From Ostreococcus lucimarinus (lineage: Eukaryota), in the NCBI GenBank assembly GCA_000092065.1, contig CP000590.1: a DNA stretch of 64,000 nucleotides. One strand, given 5' to 3'. The translations under genes and the position numbers were made by a program. This document shows positions 10,537-20,154 of this stretch, piece after piece (positions within the stretch are counted from its first letter, which is position 1; the number at the start of each line of letters is the position of its first letter). Under the pieces are notes generated by a model, which made no database searches, had not been told where the DNA came from, and was given only the letters and a program-made list of their open reading frames with translations.

Positions 10537-13500
10537 ATGTCGTCGCTGCGCTGGACGCCCGAGAGTTTACGCGCGACGATTCGCGATGCGGACGCGCTGA
10601 GCGCGCACTGGACGCGCGCGAGCGCGAGCGGACACGGGACGATTCGAGGCGAGCACGCGGTGGCGTTCTTACGACCGAGCGGGTTGAGCGACGGCGCGTT
10701 GAGCAAGATCTGGAAGGCGGCGACGCGAGGCACGGGACGGCTGGCGTCGGCGAAGGAGCTGGGAGAGTGCTTGGAACTCGTGGCGCGGGAGATGGAGGCG
10801 CCGAACGCGGCGTTTGTGACGCCAGGGGCGGGAGGGGAGGGAAAGAGCGTGGGAGGCGGGATCGTGGAATCGCCGAGGACGCCGGCGAGCGCGAGCGCGA
10901 CGACGGTGAAGGCGGCGCCCATGACGGATGCGGAGCGAAGGAAGTACTTTGGACACTTTCGAACGCTCGATGTGGAGGGAAAGGGCGCGGTGAGCGTGGA
11001 TGGAGCGGTGAAGTTTTTATCTAAGGCGGCGCTGCCGATGCTTTCGGTGCAGTTGTGCGTGGCGAGGGCCTCGCGCGGGGCGTCGACGGTGGATCGAGAG
11101 GCGTTCGCGGCGGCTATGCACGATGTGTACGCGCTCATTCGCGCGCAAGGTAACACACCGGTGACGCCGATGATGACACCAAGCGCGAGCGTGGCGCCGA
11201 GCGCACCCGTACCGTCGGTATCGGACGCGAGCGTTTCCAAACTGGAGGACAACTTTTTTGCGAGCGCGGGCGCGCCGACGCTCGGCGCGAGTGCGCTCGA
11301 GGCGACGAGTGCCATGTCGCTGGATTCGCTTAATGATAGCGGCGAAATCGAACGACTAGAACGCGAGTCTCAGGCGCGAGCGGAGAAGGCAAAACGCGAA
11401 GTACAAGCCGCCGATGCGAAGCGGGCAGCCGCCGAGGCTCGCATCGCTCGCGCGCAACGAGCCATCGACGCAGCGGACGAGGACGTCAACGCTGCGCGCG
11501 CCGCCGTCGAGGCCGCGGAAGCTGAGGCAGAGCGAATGAAGCGCGACGCAACAGCGCGCCTCGACAATGCGCGGCAGCAGCACGCGGAGCTCGTTCAAAA
11601 GGAGAGCCGGGTGAAGGCAGACGCGCAACAGCTCATCGCGGCGAAAAAGGCGCAGTACCAGTCAACCTTGGCGGAGTACGAGCGCTTGAGGGCCCAAGTT
11701 GCCAACGCTTCTGCTGTTGCGGCTTTACCAGTGAAAGCGATGCAAGACAAGCTGTCGAAGATTGAAGCCGAAACGCGCTCGCTTAAAACGCAAACTGATA
11801 AAGCCGCCGCTGACGCTTCGCAAGCGCTCATGAAGCGAGCGGTCGAAGTCGCCAAGGCGGAGCGCGCGAAAGCCGCAGCGATGCGAGAAATGCAAGCCGT
11901 GGATGCCAAGCTCGAAATGGAGACTAGTCGAAGTCAGAAGCAGTTGGAAGCGCTACAAGCAGAAACCGAAGCGCTCATCGCGAAACGTGAAGCCAAAACG
12001 GCGTCGCATCCCGCGGTGATGGAAGATCTCAGCGCGAAGATTCAAAAGTGCAGAGAAGACGCGGTGAAGGAAAAAGAAAAAACGGAAAGTACGATCGCTG
12101 CGTGCGACAAGGAGCGTTCTGATCTCGAAGCGAAGGTTTCGCTCGCGAAAGCTGAACTTGAAGCCGCGAAATCTGTCATGGACAGCGATTTGGCCACTCA
12201 CAAGCTCAAGCTCGAAGAGAAGAGGACGTCGCACGAAGAGGTTTCCGAGGCCGTTAGACAGGCCCTGGAGAAGCGCCGCGCGTTGGCGGAGAATCAAGCC
12301 ATGGAAATGTCCGTCCTCGACGACAAAATAATCGAAGCTGAATCTGCGCTCAAGGCAGAAGAAGCGGCTTTCGACGCACAGGAGCAGTCGCACCAAAAAG
12401 AGATGTCTACGAAGGAGGGCGTGCTCGCGAACCTCAACTCAAAGATTGACGCGATGCGAGCGCAGATGGAGGACAAGTATCTCATGTCTCAGCAAGCTCT
12501 CAGTCAAATCGAGGCGCGCATCGATGCCGCGGAGTTGAAATTCGAAGAGCAGCAACAAGAGATGGAGCTTGGAATGGCGCGGTTGGGGCAAGAAAGCGAC
12601 GAGTTGACAGAGAAGCTGCGCGTGGCAAAGGAAAAAGACGAACAAAACGCCAAGGACAAGGTTCAAAACCAAGTGCTCGTTGCGTCCAAGCGCGCGGAAG
12701 TGGAAGAGCTCAAACAAGAAATTTCTACCGAGTCGTCGCGAATCGAACGCGAGGTGTCTGAAGCGCAGACCGAGTTCGCGACTGCGAACGCGGCGCTGGA
12801 TGCGGAACGATCGGCGTTGAGCAACGCTCTGCAAAAGTTGCGAGAGACACTTCCCAAATCCGCCGCGGTGCTCGCGCAGATTGAAGCACTTCGTTCTTCC
12901 AAGGAAACCACAGAGTTGTACCGCATGGAAGCCGAAGACACCGCGGAAAAAGCGATGACGTCTTACGAGGAAGTATTGCGACGACTCGAGAATATCGCGA
13001 TGCAAGAGGCGGAGAACGCAGCCGATGCCGGCGAACCCCTATTCGCCGACGCACAAGCCGCGCTCGCAAGCGCAGGTGCTGTGACTTTTGATTCAAACAG
13101 TTTCCAACCCGCGGAAGGTCCTGGGCACGAACGACTTCCCTCTTTCGTCGATTTCGAAGTTTCCCCGGTGATGGAAACGAAAACGCCGACGCTTGACGCA
13201 GACTTTGGTGAGCCGTTTGGTGCGTCGGATGCGTTCGGAGAGCCCGACGACATCTTCGCGGCTGGCGGCGGCGACGTCTTCGCTGCGCCGCCCGCGACGG
13301 ACGTTTTCGCGACTTCCAATGCGACTGATTTCGATGACGTGTCGTTCACCATGGCACCAACGTCGGAAAGCCAGTTTAGATCTTTCTCTCTGGATGAACC
13401 GGAACCCGAGGTGCCTCCAGCGGACGACTTTGCGGCTGCCGAAGAGCCGATCGAATCCTTCGGCGCGTTTGAAGAATTTCAGCCCGAAGCAACCGGTGCA

Positions 13501-14976
13501 GATAGTCCATTTGAGCCGTCTGCTAAGAGTGAACCCGAGGTGCCTCCAGCGGACGACTTTACGGCTGCCGAAGAGCCGATCGAATCCTTCGGCGCGTTTG
13601 AAGAATTTCAGCCCGAAGCAACCGGTGCAGATAGTCCATTTGAGCCGTCTGCTAAGAGTTTAGAGTTTACCGGTGCAGACACTTTCGAGCCCATGAGCGA
13701 TGAAGCGCGTTCTCCGTCGGAAGATCCATTCGCCGTGAGCTCGCCGACGGAGGAGAGCGCGCCGGCGTTTACAACTTTCGATAACCAAGCGTTCACCTCA
13801 AACGATGACCAACAATGGCAGGACGATTTCGCCTCCTCGCCACCGCGGGAAGAATCATCTTGGAACCCGGACGAATCTACAGATGATGCGTTCGCGACTG
13901 CTCAGAAACCGAGCGCGACGTTTGATAGCGGCTTTGAAGCGAACGAATCCGTGTTTGCGACGCCGAGCGCTCTGGCGTTTCAAGGTGGGAATGAAGGTGG
14001 ATTCTCTTCCTTGGACGAAAGTTCGGCGGCACCACCGACGCCTGCGGAAGACTACACGGATGCGCGAGACGAAATGGAAGAGGAACCCCACGAATTGTAC
14101 CCGATTCCTCCCGAAGACTTGTCTCGCAGCAACGCCGCTTGGGAAAAGCTTCGAGGCGACGCCAACGCGCCGGGCGTGACGGGCGAACAAATCGTCTCTC
14201 TCGCGACGAAGACGGGCTTAGATAATTCCGACTTGGCCGTTATATGGAACATTTCGTGCACCCCCGGCGCGAGCGAGTTGAGCATGCACGATTTTGCGCT
14301 TTTCATGCACTTTTTGAAGCATCGTGTCAACGGCGGCGAGCTCCCGTACGAAGTCGACGCCGAGCGTCGAGCGTACTTTTTGGGCGCTCCAGAGATGATC
14401 GAACAACCACCGTCACCACCGACAATTTATGCAGAGACGGTTGAAGATTCGGATCAAATGCCCGCGCCGTCGACGTATCAAACATCATTCAACGAAGCGT
14501 CGACGTCAAACGCCGCTTCGGCGCCGCAAAACGCCTCGGGCGACCGTCTGAGAATTTTCATCGAGTCCGTCGCCAACGTCAAGGAGGCGAGTAAAATGTC
14601 CTCCGCGCACTTCGGCGTCACGCTCGTCGACGGCGAAGGCACGCCCATCGAACCGTCGCAGAACACTCCCATCGGCGTCCAAGTCGGTCCCGACGACGTC
14701 ATGCGCGTCCAAGGCGGCGTCACGTTGAACTCCCTCCCCGCCGAGTGGCCCGAAGGTTCCGCCGTCGTCCTCGAGCTTCGTCACTACAAGCAAAAGGAAA
14801 AGAAAATGTCCACCCGGTGTTGGTCGTTCATGGAGAAAGAATCCATCCGTCTCGGTTTATTCGGTCTTCCCCTCGCCGCCAAGCCCGCGGACACGAAGCG
14901 GCGCAAGGTGAAACTGTACAACAAAGGCAACCCGGATTTGAAAATTCGTTTCTCCTTCGTCGGTCGGGACGAGTGA
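10537..14976 (+). CDS. Eps15/intersectin-like endocytic scaffold with 3 EH domains, a long coiled coil, an acidic DxF/DPF-motif region and a C-terminal C2-like domain
   Basis: ATG at 10537 (MSSLRWTPE...). EH1 (AFLRPSGLSDGALSKIWKAATRG.G.L...ELGECLELV), EH2 (ERRKYFGHFRTLDVEGKGAVSVDGAVKFLSKAALPMLSVQL) and EH3 (VTGEQIVSLATKTGLDNSDLAVIWNISCTPGASELSMHDFALFMHFL). About 600 aa of coiled coil lie between them. The acidic region has FGEPF, DDIF, DPF and FGAFEEF motifs, and the C-terminal end is a beta-rich C2-like segment. Confidence 0.7.
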   Translation: MSSLRWTPESLRATIRDADALSAHWTRASASGHGTIRGEHAVAFLRPSGLSDGALSKIWKAATRGTGRLASAKELGECLELVAREMEAPNAAFVTPGAGGEGKSVGGGIVESPRTPASASATTVKAAPMTDAERRKYFGHFRTLDVEGKGAVSVDGAVKFLSKAALPMLSVQLCVARASRGASTVDREAFAAAMHDVYALIRAQGNTPVTPMMTPSASVAPSAPVPSVSDASVSKLEDNFFASAGAPTLGASALEATSAMSLDSLNDSGEIERLERESQARAEKAKREVQAADAKRAAAEARIARAQRAIDAADEDVNAARAAVEAAEAEAERMKRDATARLDNARQQHAELVQKESRVKADAQQLIAAKKAQYQSTLAEYERLRAQVANASAVAALPVKAMQDKLSKIEAETRSLKTQTDKAAADASQALMKRAVEVAKAERAKAAAMREMQAVDAKLEMETSRSQKQLEALQAETEALIAKREAKTASHPAVMEDLSAKIQKCREDAVKEKEKTESTIAACDKERSDLEAKVSLAKAELEAAKSVMDSDLATHKLKLEEKRTSHEEVSEAVRQALEKRRALAENQAMEMSVLDDKIIEAESALKAEEAAFDAQEQSHQKEMSTKEGVLANLNSKIDAMRAQMEDKYLMSQQALSQIEARIDAAELKFEEQQQEMELGMARLGQESDELTEKLRVAKEKDEQNAKDKVQNQVLVASKRAEVEELKQEISTESSRIEREVSEAQTEFATANAALDAERSALSNALQKLRETLPKSAAVLAQIEALRSSKETTELYRMEAEDTAEKAMTSYEEVLRRLENIAMQEAENAADAGEPLFADAQAALASAGAVTFDSNSFQPAEGPGHERLPSFVDFEVSPVMETKTPTLDADFGEPFGASDAFGEPDDIFAAGGGDVFAAPPATDVFATSNATDFDDVSFTMAPTSESQFRSFSLDEPEPEVPPADDFAAAEEPIESFGAFEEFQPEATGADSPFEPSAKSEPEVPPADDFTAAEEPIESFGAFEEFQPEATGADSPFEPSAKSLEFTGADTFEPMSDEARSPSEDPFAVSSPTEESAPAFTTFDNQAFTSNDDQQWQDDFASSPPREESSWNPDESTDDAFATAQKPSATFDSGFEANESVFATPSALAFQGGNEGGFSSLDESSAAPPTPAEDYTDARDEMEEEPHELYPIPPEDLSRSNAAWEKLRGDANAPGVTGEQIVSLATKTGLDNSDLAVIWNISCTPGASELSMHDFALFMHFLKHRVNGGELPYEVDAERRAYFLGAPEMIEQPPSPPTIYAETVEDSDQMPAPSTYQTSFNEASTSNAASAPQNASGDRLRIFIESVANVKEASKMSSAHFGVTLVDGEGTPIEPSQNTPIGVQVGPDDVMRVQGGVTLNSLPAEWPEGSAVVLELRHYKQKEKKMSTRCWSFMEKESIRLGLFGLPLAAKPADTKRRKVKLYNKGNPDLKIRFSFVGRDE
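13402..13659 (+). repeat. Perfect tandem duplication, 2 x 129 bp with one mismatch, inside the Eps15-like CDS
   Basis: gaacccgaggtgcctccagcggacgactttgcggctgccgaagagccgatcgaatccttcggcgcgtttgaagaatttcagcccgaagcaaccggtgcagatagtccatttgagccgtctgctaagagt occurs at 13402..13530 and again at 13531..13659 (g>a at one site). It encodes a duplicated 43-aa EPEVPPADDF(A/T)AAEEPIESFGAFEEFQPEATGADSPFEPSAKS module. Confidence 0.9.
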
Positions 14977-14986
14977 TCGCATCTCT

Positions 14987-14991
14987 TGTAA
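14987..14991 (+). promoter_or_regulatory. Putative TGTAA polyadenylation signal
   Basis: TGTAA lies 11 nt after the TGA stop of the Eps15-like gene. TGTAA is the common poly(A) signal in green algae. Confidence 0.4.
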
Positions 14992-15153
14992 CCTCAACCT
15001 CGCATTTTCGCGTCAATCGTCGTCGTTCGCCGCTTCGCGCCGCTTCGAGTCGCTTCGCGTCTCGTCGTCCCCTCCTCCGCGCCGCGCCGTCCCTCAGAAT
15101 TCGCCTCGCCGCGTCGTCCGGTCGTCGCGCCTCGCGCGCTCGCGACGCGCGCC

Positions 15154-16617
15154 ATGCCGTGGCACGACATTCTCACCGCCGGCGTCGACACGTGGAGCGA
15201 TTACGACGACACCGACGACGAGCGCTGCGCCGTCGATTTCGCGCGCGACGTCGGCGGCTCGACAATCGACGACCGCGCGACGTCCGCGCTCGTCAACACC
15301 GCGTCGGAGGAGGATCTGAGAGCGAAGCGCGCGTGCGCGAGCGATCGCAGCAGCGGAGAGGACGCGCGCGAGGGCGCGGAGGGAGAGAAAACGACGCGAC
15401 GAGGCGAAAGGGAGGACGCGCGCGAGGGCGCGAGACGCGCGAACGATCCGACAGAGGCGACGAAGGGCCACGGTGAGGGTGATGGCGCCGAAGGCGCGAA
15501 AACGGGCGCGTCGAGAGAAGATTGGGGGACGAAATTAGGATTAGACGCGGGATGGCGAAGCGAACGGAGGGATTTGGAATGGCAGTGCTTGTGGATCGAA
15601 TTGCGCGTGCGAGAGATCGGTAGGCACATCGAACGATACGAGAGTCGGTTGGAGACGATGAAGGCGCGAGGGGAGACGAGCGGGCGAGACGCGAAGGAGG
15701 AGGAGTCGGAAGACTTCAAAAATGATGGGACGCGCGGGGATTTACCGCGCAAGAGGTTGCGCCGCGGGAAGGCGACGCCGCGCGCGCCGGTGATATTGGG
15801 ACATCCCATGTTCGCCGCTTTGGAAAACTCTGGCTCGAAAGGTGGTCGGGCGGCGAAGAAGAAGACGATGCCGGCTCCGCAGGAGCCGTCAACGACGACC
15901 ACGGCGGAGTTGAGCGGGTCCAAGGCGTTGGGGTCGGGCAAGCGAGAGAGTTCTGAAGACAACCCTAAGTCGTCCGAGGAGAAGAAGCGCAAAGTCATGG
16001 AGGCCATCGTACCGAAAGAGACGAACTCAGACAGCGACATTTCCACCACCGCTTTGTACGAGCAAATCGACGCCGCCCAAAAGCGCGTGGCTTCGCTCAA
16101 GCAACGACTGAGCCAAACCGCGCCCAAGTTGTCGCAAAAGAACTCGGAGAGCAAATTTAAGACTCCGGCGTCGAAGAGTAGAGGCGACAAGCACGCGGCG
16201 GAAAAGACTCCGGGGAGCTCTGGCAAACGTGGAACGAGCCGAAAGGCTGAAGCGTACGACATCAACAACGTCATCTCGGCGCAAGGACCGGCAAAGTATG
16301 TCGAACGCGCTATTCACGAAACCATCGCTACGCCCAAGGTTCGCGCGGCGAGCACGTACGTCTCGCCCGCGCAAATCGCGACGGACGGCGAATCATCCGA
16401 TGAGGACGTATCCGACGCGGTGTACATCGAGCGCCACGCCAAGCTCGAGGTCGACGAGCGCGCGGCGCGCACGCCGCTCGCGCGCGGAAGAAGCGCCCAA
16501 AAGCAACCGCCGACGCCGTCGGGCAAGCAAGTTTCCCTCTTCGACGTCGACGTCGACGACGCGTCGCCGAACTCCACCGCGGAAGCGGCCACGACGACCC
16601 TGACGAACTCGAAGTGA
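15154..16617 (+). CDS. PEHE-domain protein (MSL1/KANSL1-like MOF-binding scaffold)
   Basis: ATG at 15154. N-terminus LEWQCLWIELRVREIGRHIERYESRLETMKA (coiled coil). The C-terminus ...SDEDVSDAVYIERHAKLEVDERAARTPL resembles the PEHE motif (TSDE..Y..RH...E..EK.R). The middle is long S/K/E-rich low complexity. Confidence 0.4.
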   Translation: MPWHDILTAGVDTWSDYDDTDDERCAVDFARDVGGSTIDDRATSALVNTASEEDLRAKRACASDRSSGEDAREGAEGEKTTRRGEREDAREGARRANDPTEATKGHGEGDGAEGAKTGASREDWGTKLGLDAGWRSERRDLEWQCLWIELRVREIGRHIERYESRLETMKARGETSGRDAKEEESEDFKNDGTRGDLPRKRLRRGKATPRAPVILGHPMFAALENSGSKGGRAAKKKTMPAPQEPSTTTTAELSGSKALGSGKRESSEDNPKSSEEKKRKVMEAIVPKETNSDSDISTTALYEQIDAAQKRVASLKQRLSQTAPKLSQKNSESKFKTPASKSRGDKHAAEKTPGSSGKRGTSRKAEAYDINNVISAQGPAKYVERAIHETIATPKVRAASTYVSPAQIATDGESSDEDVSDAVYIERHAKLEVDERAARTPLARGRSAQKQPPTPSGKQVSLFDVDVDDASPNSTAEAATTTLTNSK

Positions 16618-16751
16618 TCGAACGCGCCGTCGTCGACGGGAGTTCGAGTTGTAGTGACCAAAACTTTTGTTGTACAACCGCCTCGCGACTGAAACGTCCC
16701 CAGACGCCGACGCGCGCCGCACGCCGCGCGCGCGCGACGTCGCCCGGTCCG

Positions 16752-17075
16752 ATGCTCCGCGCGGCCGCGGTCGCGGCGACGACCGCGCCTCGAGCCATCG
16801 CACCGCGCGCGCGACGCGGTCGAGGCGTCCCGGCGACGCGGCGAACGCGCGTCTTCGCGCGCGCCGGCGGTGACGACGACGCCGACGACGACGCCGACGA
16901 CGCGCCGACGCCCGCGGGGAAGTTGGACGGGGGGAAGTACGGCATGGGCGGCAGAATCGACGACGCGCTGGACGCGAGCACGAACGAAACGAGCTTCGTG
17001 CTCGGCGGATTTCTGTTGACGTTGTCAGCCATCGCGTTGTTCGCGTTCGGGCCGCGGCCGCCGACGGAGTATTGA
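16752..17075 (+). CDS. Small presequence-bearing single-TM protein (thylakoid/organelle membrane candidate)
   Basis: ATG at 16752: MLRAAAVAATTAPRAIAPRARRGRGVPATRRTRVFARAGG (transit-like), then an acidic linker, then ...ETSFVLGGFLLTLSAIALFAFGPRPPTEY (one TM). I did not recognise the family. Confidence 0.3.
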   Translation: MLRAAAVAATTAPRAIAPRARRGRGVPATRRTRVFARAGGDDDADDDADDAPTPAGKLDGGKYGMGGRIDDALDASTNETSFVLGGFLLTLSAIALFAFGPRPPTEY

Positions 17076-17159
17076 TTGAATGCATTAGAATCGCGCGCGT
17101 TGTAGACACAGAAGATACAGTACATTGTGACAAAGACGCGCGCGACGCGCCGCGGCTAT

Positions 17160-18872
17160 TCATCGGCGCCCGAATGGGCTGACGCTGAGTCCCATGACTT
17201 TCGCGCGGCGGCGAAGCTCTTCGTCGGAGGTTGGTTTGTACGCCCCGGGAGGAAGTTTCGGCGCGGGTCCGTGCGTGAGGCGGATGGCGACGCGCGCGCG
17301 AAGTCGTGGCGTCGGTAACATGCCTCGATGTCGCCCCGGCGAGTCAAACTCGTCGTCTGAATCTTTGTCCTCTTCTTCTTTTTCATCTTCCTCTCGTTTT
17401 TCATCTTCCTCGTTCGCGTGTTTCGCCTCGGAGAACTCCATCCAGTTTTCTACGGCTCGTTTCATCGGCGTCAAATCGTCGACCGTGGAGTAAACAAAGG
17501 GCGCCGGCGAGCACTTTTGACTTTCGCTCACGTATCTCGTCATCGCCGTCCGCGCGACGGAGACGCGGCGCTCCGCCGCGCGCGCGCGCTCTTCCAACGC
17601 TTCAACTTGCTCCTTGTCCAAGACGTCACCAATCGATCGCATTTCGAGCTTGTTCTCTAACATCGTCACCTTCGCTTGCAACTCGGTGTTTCTGGTCGTG
17701 GAATCGGCGAGCGCGGCGCTCAGACGCTGCGCCGTCGCAACACTACCGCACTTGCACGGCATTTCGCCTGATATTAAAGCCTCCGGCAAGCTCAAGCGTT
17801 GCGCGAGCGGGGCGTTTTCGGACTCACTCGCTCGCGCCTGCGCGGCAGCCAACGCAGACATGATGGACTCTTTTTCTTCCGCGGCGTGCTCGGCGTTGCG
17901 CGCCATTTGCTCCTTGAGTTTTTTCACTTCGGATTCAATCATCAAAAACTCCTCGCGCAACGCGTGAGCCGTGGCCTCTGCACCATTCGCGCGCTCGTCC
18001 GCGGTGTGGCTGCACCGCTCGAAAAATGCCGCGCGATCTTTAATCTGAGCGAGTTCGCGTTCGCGTCGTCGTTCCGACGCTTCCTTTGTCTTTGCGAGCT
18101 CGTCCTGAAGCGCGTCGAATTCTTCGGCGTGCGCTCGCGTCTCGCGTTCCATTTGCGTCTTGGCGATGTCAAGTTCGCGACGTAACGCCAGTATTTCCGC
18201 ATCCTTCGCCGTGATCTCTCGTTTGTGCACCGCAGATTCCTCGACTTCGGTCTCCGTCTGCACAACCGCGTTGACGAGCTTCGGCTTCTCCGCCCGCGTC
18301 TCGCGCAATCGCTTCGCCTCGGCTTTCGCCGCGACGAGCTCTACGTCACGCTTGTGCGCGTCGAGCCTCAACTTCGCGTTCTCCTTCTCCGTCTCCTCCA
18401 CTCGCGTCGCCCATTTCTCTTCGCTCGCTTCCTCCAACGACTTCGCCCACGCGTTCCTCGCCGTCGCCTCCGCGTGCGCCAACGCGAGCTCGGAATCCTT
18501 GACGTTTTCCAGCACCACCCGCAGCGACCTCGCCTCGAGCGATTCCTCGTAAATCTCCTCCAACGCCCTCCGCTGCGTCGCACTCAGCACCGCGTTCGCC
18601 CCGATTCGCCCCAACACCTCCTCGAACGCCTCCACCGCTTCGAACCCATCCTCGCGTTCCGTCGCCGCGCGCCCGAGCGTCTCCTCGCTCGCGCTCCTCG
18701 CGCGCGCCAGTCTCGACTTCCCGCGCCTCCGCGCCTCTCCCGGCGTCCGCGCGCCCCCTCCGTTCGCCGCGAACCTCTCCGGAGAATTTTTATCCAGCAC
18801 CGCCAGCGGCGAGCGCAGTTCCGTCGTCCCCAGCTTCGCGAGCGTCGGTCGTCGTCCCGCCGTCGTCGCCAT
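17160..18872 (-). CDS. Coiled-coil protein with an acidic EDEKREEDEKEEEDKD C-terminal region
   Basis: Long heptad-rich ORF. The first plausible ATG is near 18872 (MATTAGRRPTLAKLGTTELRSPLAVL...). Upstream codons in the track ORF are R/A/S low-complexity. Function not recognised. Confidence 0.4.
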   Translation of the reverse strand: MATTAGRRPTLAKLGTTELRSPLAVLDKNSPERFAANGGGARTPGEARRRGKSRLARARSASEETLGRAATEREDGFEAVEAFEEVLGRIGANAVLSATQRRALEEIYEESLEARSLRVVLENVKDSELALAHAEATARNAWAKSLEEASEEKWATRVEETEKENAKLRLDAHKRDVELVAAKAEAKRLRETRAEKPKLVNAVVQTETEVEESAVHKREITAKDAEILALRRELDIAKTQMERETRAHAEEFDALQDELAKTKEASERRRERELAQIKDRAAFFERCSHTADERANGAEATAHALREEFLMIESEVKKLKEQMARNAEHAAEEKESIMSALAAAQARASESENAPLAQRLSLPEALISGEMPCKCGSVATAQRLSAALADSTTRNTELQAKVTMLENKLEMRSIGDVLDKEQVEALEERARAAERRVSVARTAMTRYVSESQKCSPAPFVYSTVDDLTPMKRAVENWMEFSEAKHANEEDEKREEDEKEEEDKDSDDEFDSPGRHRGMLPTPRLRARVAIRLTHGPAPKLPPGAYKPTSDEELRRRAKVMGLSVSPFGRR

Positions 18873-19279
18873 CGTCGGCGACGCGATCGCGACCGCGACC
18901 GTCCCTCGCGCGCGCTCGCGTCCCGCGCCGTCGCGGTTCAGGTGCGCGTGCGCTTCCATCGCGCGTCGAATCGCCGCGCGTCGGTCGAGCATCGCGCGCG
19001 CGTCGTCGGCACGCGCGCGCGCGACGGTCGCGACGAACTGTGACGATTGACGTTCCCCTCCGTCGTTCCCCCGATCGCCGGGACGAGGGAACGACGGGGG
19101 AGCGCGCGACGCGCGCGACGCGAAAAAAAATCGAACCGACGGCGCGGTCGCGATCGAGCGACGCCGCGGTCGCGACGCGCGCGCGGGTCGCGCGGCGTCG
19201 CGGAGACGCGACGCGCGACGGGGCGACGTCACTCGGTGACGCCGTCGAACGACGACCGTCGCGAACGCGAGGCGACGCG

Positions 19280-20092
19280 ATGCGCGGCGCGCTCGCGGCG
19301 CGCGAATCGACGGCGCGACGACCGCGCGCGACGACCGCGCGCGCGCGCGGGAGACGCGCGCGCGCGCGCGCGGGACGACCGACGCGGGCGAATCTGGTGG
19401 ATGATTTCTTGGCGACGTTTTTGCCGCGCGAGGTGAACGAGGCGCGGCGAGAGATGGAGTACTTCGACGGGCCGGGAGGGATGCTGGCGAGGATCGTGCC
19501 GGGACGCGAGAAACCGACGGTTCGAGCGCCCGAGGTGCGAGGGGACGTGGTGTTCGATTTCGGGGAGATGTCGGCGGAGGCGTTCGCGGCGACGTTTAAC
19601 GCGCTGAACGACGTCGTCATGGGGGGGGCGAGCGACGCGGCGGCGACGCTGACGAAGGATGGATTCGCGCGGTTGGCGGGGGAGACGGAAGACGTGCGAG
19701 GTGGGTTCGCGTCGGTGAAATCGCGAGACTTTGATCGGGCGTTGGATTTGAGCGCGTACGAGGGGTTGAAGTTGACGGTTCGCGGCGACGGGAAAACGTA
19801 CAAGTGCATTTTGTACGACACGAACGACTCGTTTAACGTGGCGTTTCATCAAACGTTCGTCGCGCCGAGGGACGTCACCGAGGTGAAGCTCAAGTTTAGC
19901 GATTTCGTCCCCGTGAAGCGCGGTCGAGGCGTGGCGACGAACGACGCGGAGTACCGAAAGACGAACGGTGGGAAAATCGTCGCCATGCAGTTCATGCTGA
20001 GTAAATTCGCGTACGGCATGGAGGAGAAGAACGCCGGCTACGCCCCGGGTCCGTTCGAGTTCGAGCTCAAGCGCGTGGAGGCGTACAGGTGA
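19280..20092 (+). CDS. CIA30-domain protein (complex I intermediate-associated protein 30 / NDUFAF1-like)
   Basis: ATG at 19280 (verified in frame with the track ORF, which starts at a GTG at 19040). DVVMGGASDAAATLTKDGFARLAGETEDVRGGFASVKSRDFDRALDLSAYEGLKLTVRGDGKTYKCILYD is the CIA30 signature (DDxVMGG.S...G.F.G.....GGFAS.R...LS.Y.G..L.V.GDGR.Y). Confidence 0.6.
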   Translation: MRGALAARESTARRPRATTARARGRRARARAGRPTRANLVDDFLATFLPREVNEARREMEYFDGPGGMLARIVPGREKPTVRAPEVRGDVVFDFGEMSAEAFAATFNALNDVVMGGASDAAATLTKDGFARLAGETEDVRGGFASVKSRDFDRALDLSAYEGLKLTVRGDGKTYKCILYDTNDSFNVAFHQTFVAPRDVTEVKLKFSDFVPVKRGRGVATNDAEYRKTNGGKIVAMQFMLSKFAYGMEEKNAGYAPGPFEFELKRVEAYR

Positions 20093-20116
20093 AAGTCGAC
20101 CAGCCCGCTCGCGACG

Positions 20117-20121
20117 TGTAA
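20117..20121 (+). promoter_or_regulatory. Putative TGTAA poly(A) signal of the CIA30 gene
   Basis: TGTAA is 25 nt after the stop. The reverse-strand TGTAA of the convergent kinesin gene lies at 20145..20141, so the two 3' UTRs must overlap or abut. Confidence 0.35.
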
Positions 20122-20154
20122 ATCAACATCATTCTCAAATTACAAGGCGTTTTT

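Noticed and set aside
10212-11315. 367-aa minus-strand ORF
   Set aside because: It is antisense to the EH-domain region of the Eps15-like gene and is A/S/T low complexity.
16614-17075. Assigning the small presequence-plus-TM protein to a named photosystem subunit (PsbW/PsbX/PsbY/PsbR)
   Set aside because: The mature region did not match any subunit sequence I could recall closely enough. It is reported only as a generic small organelle membrane protein.
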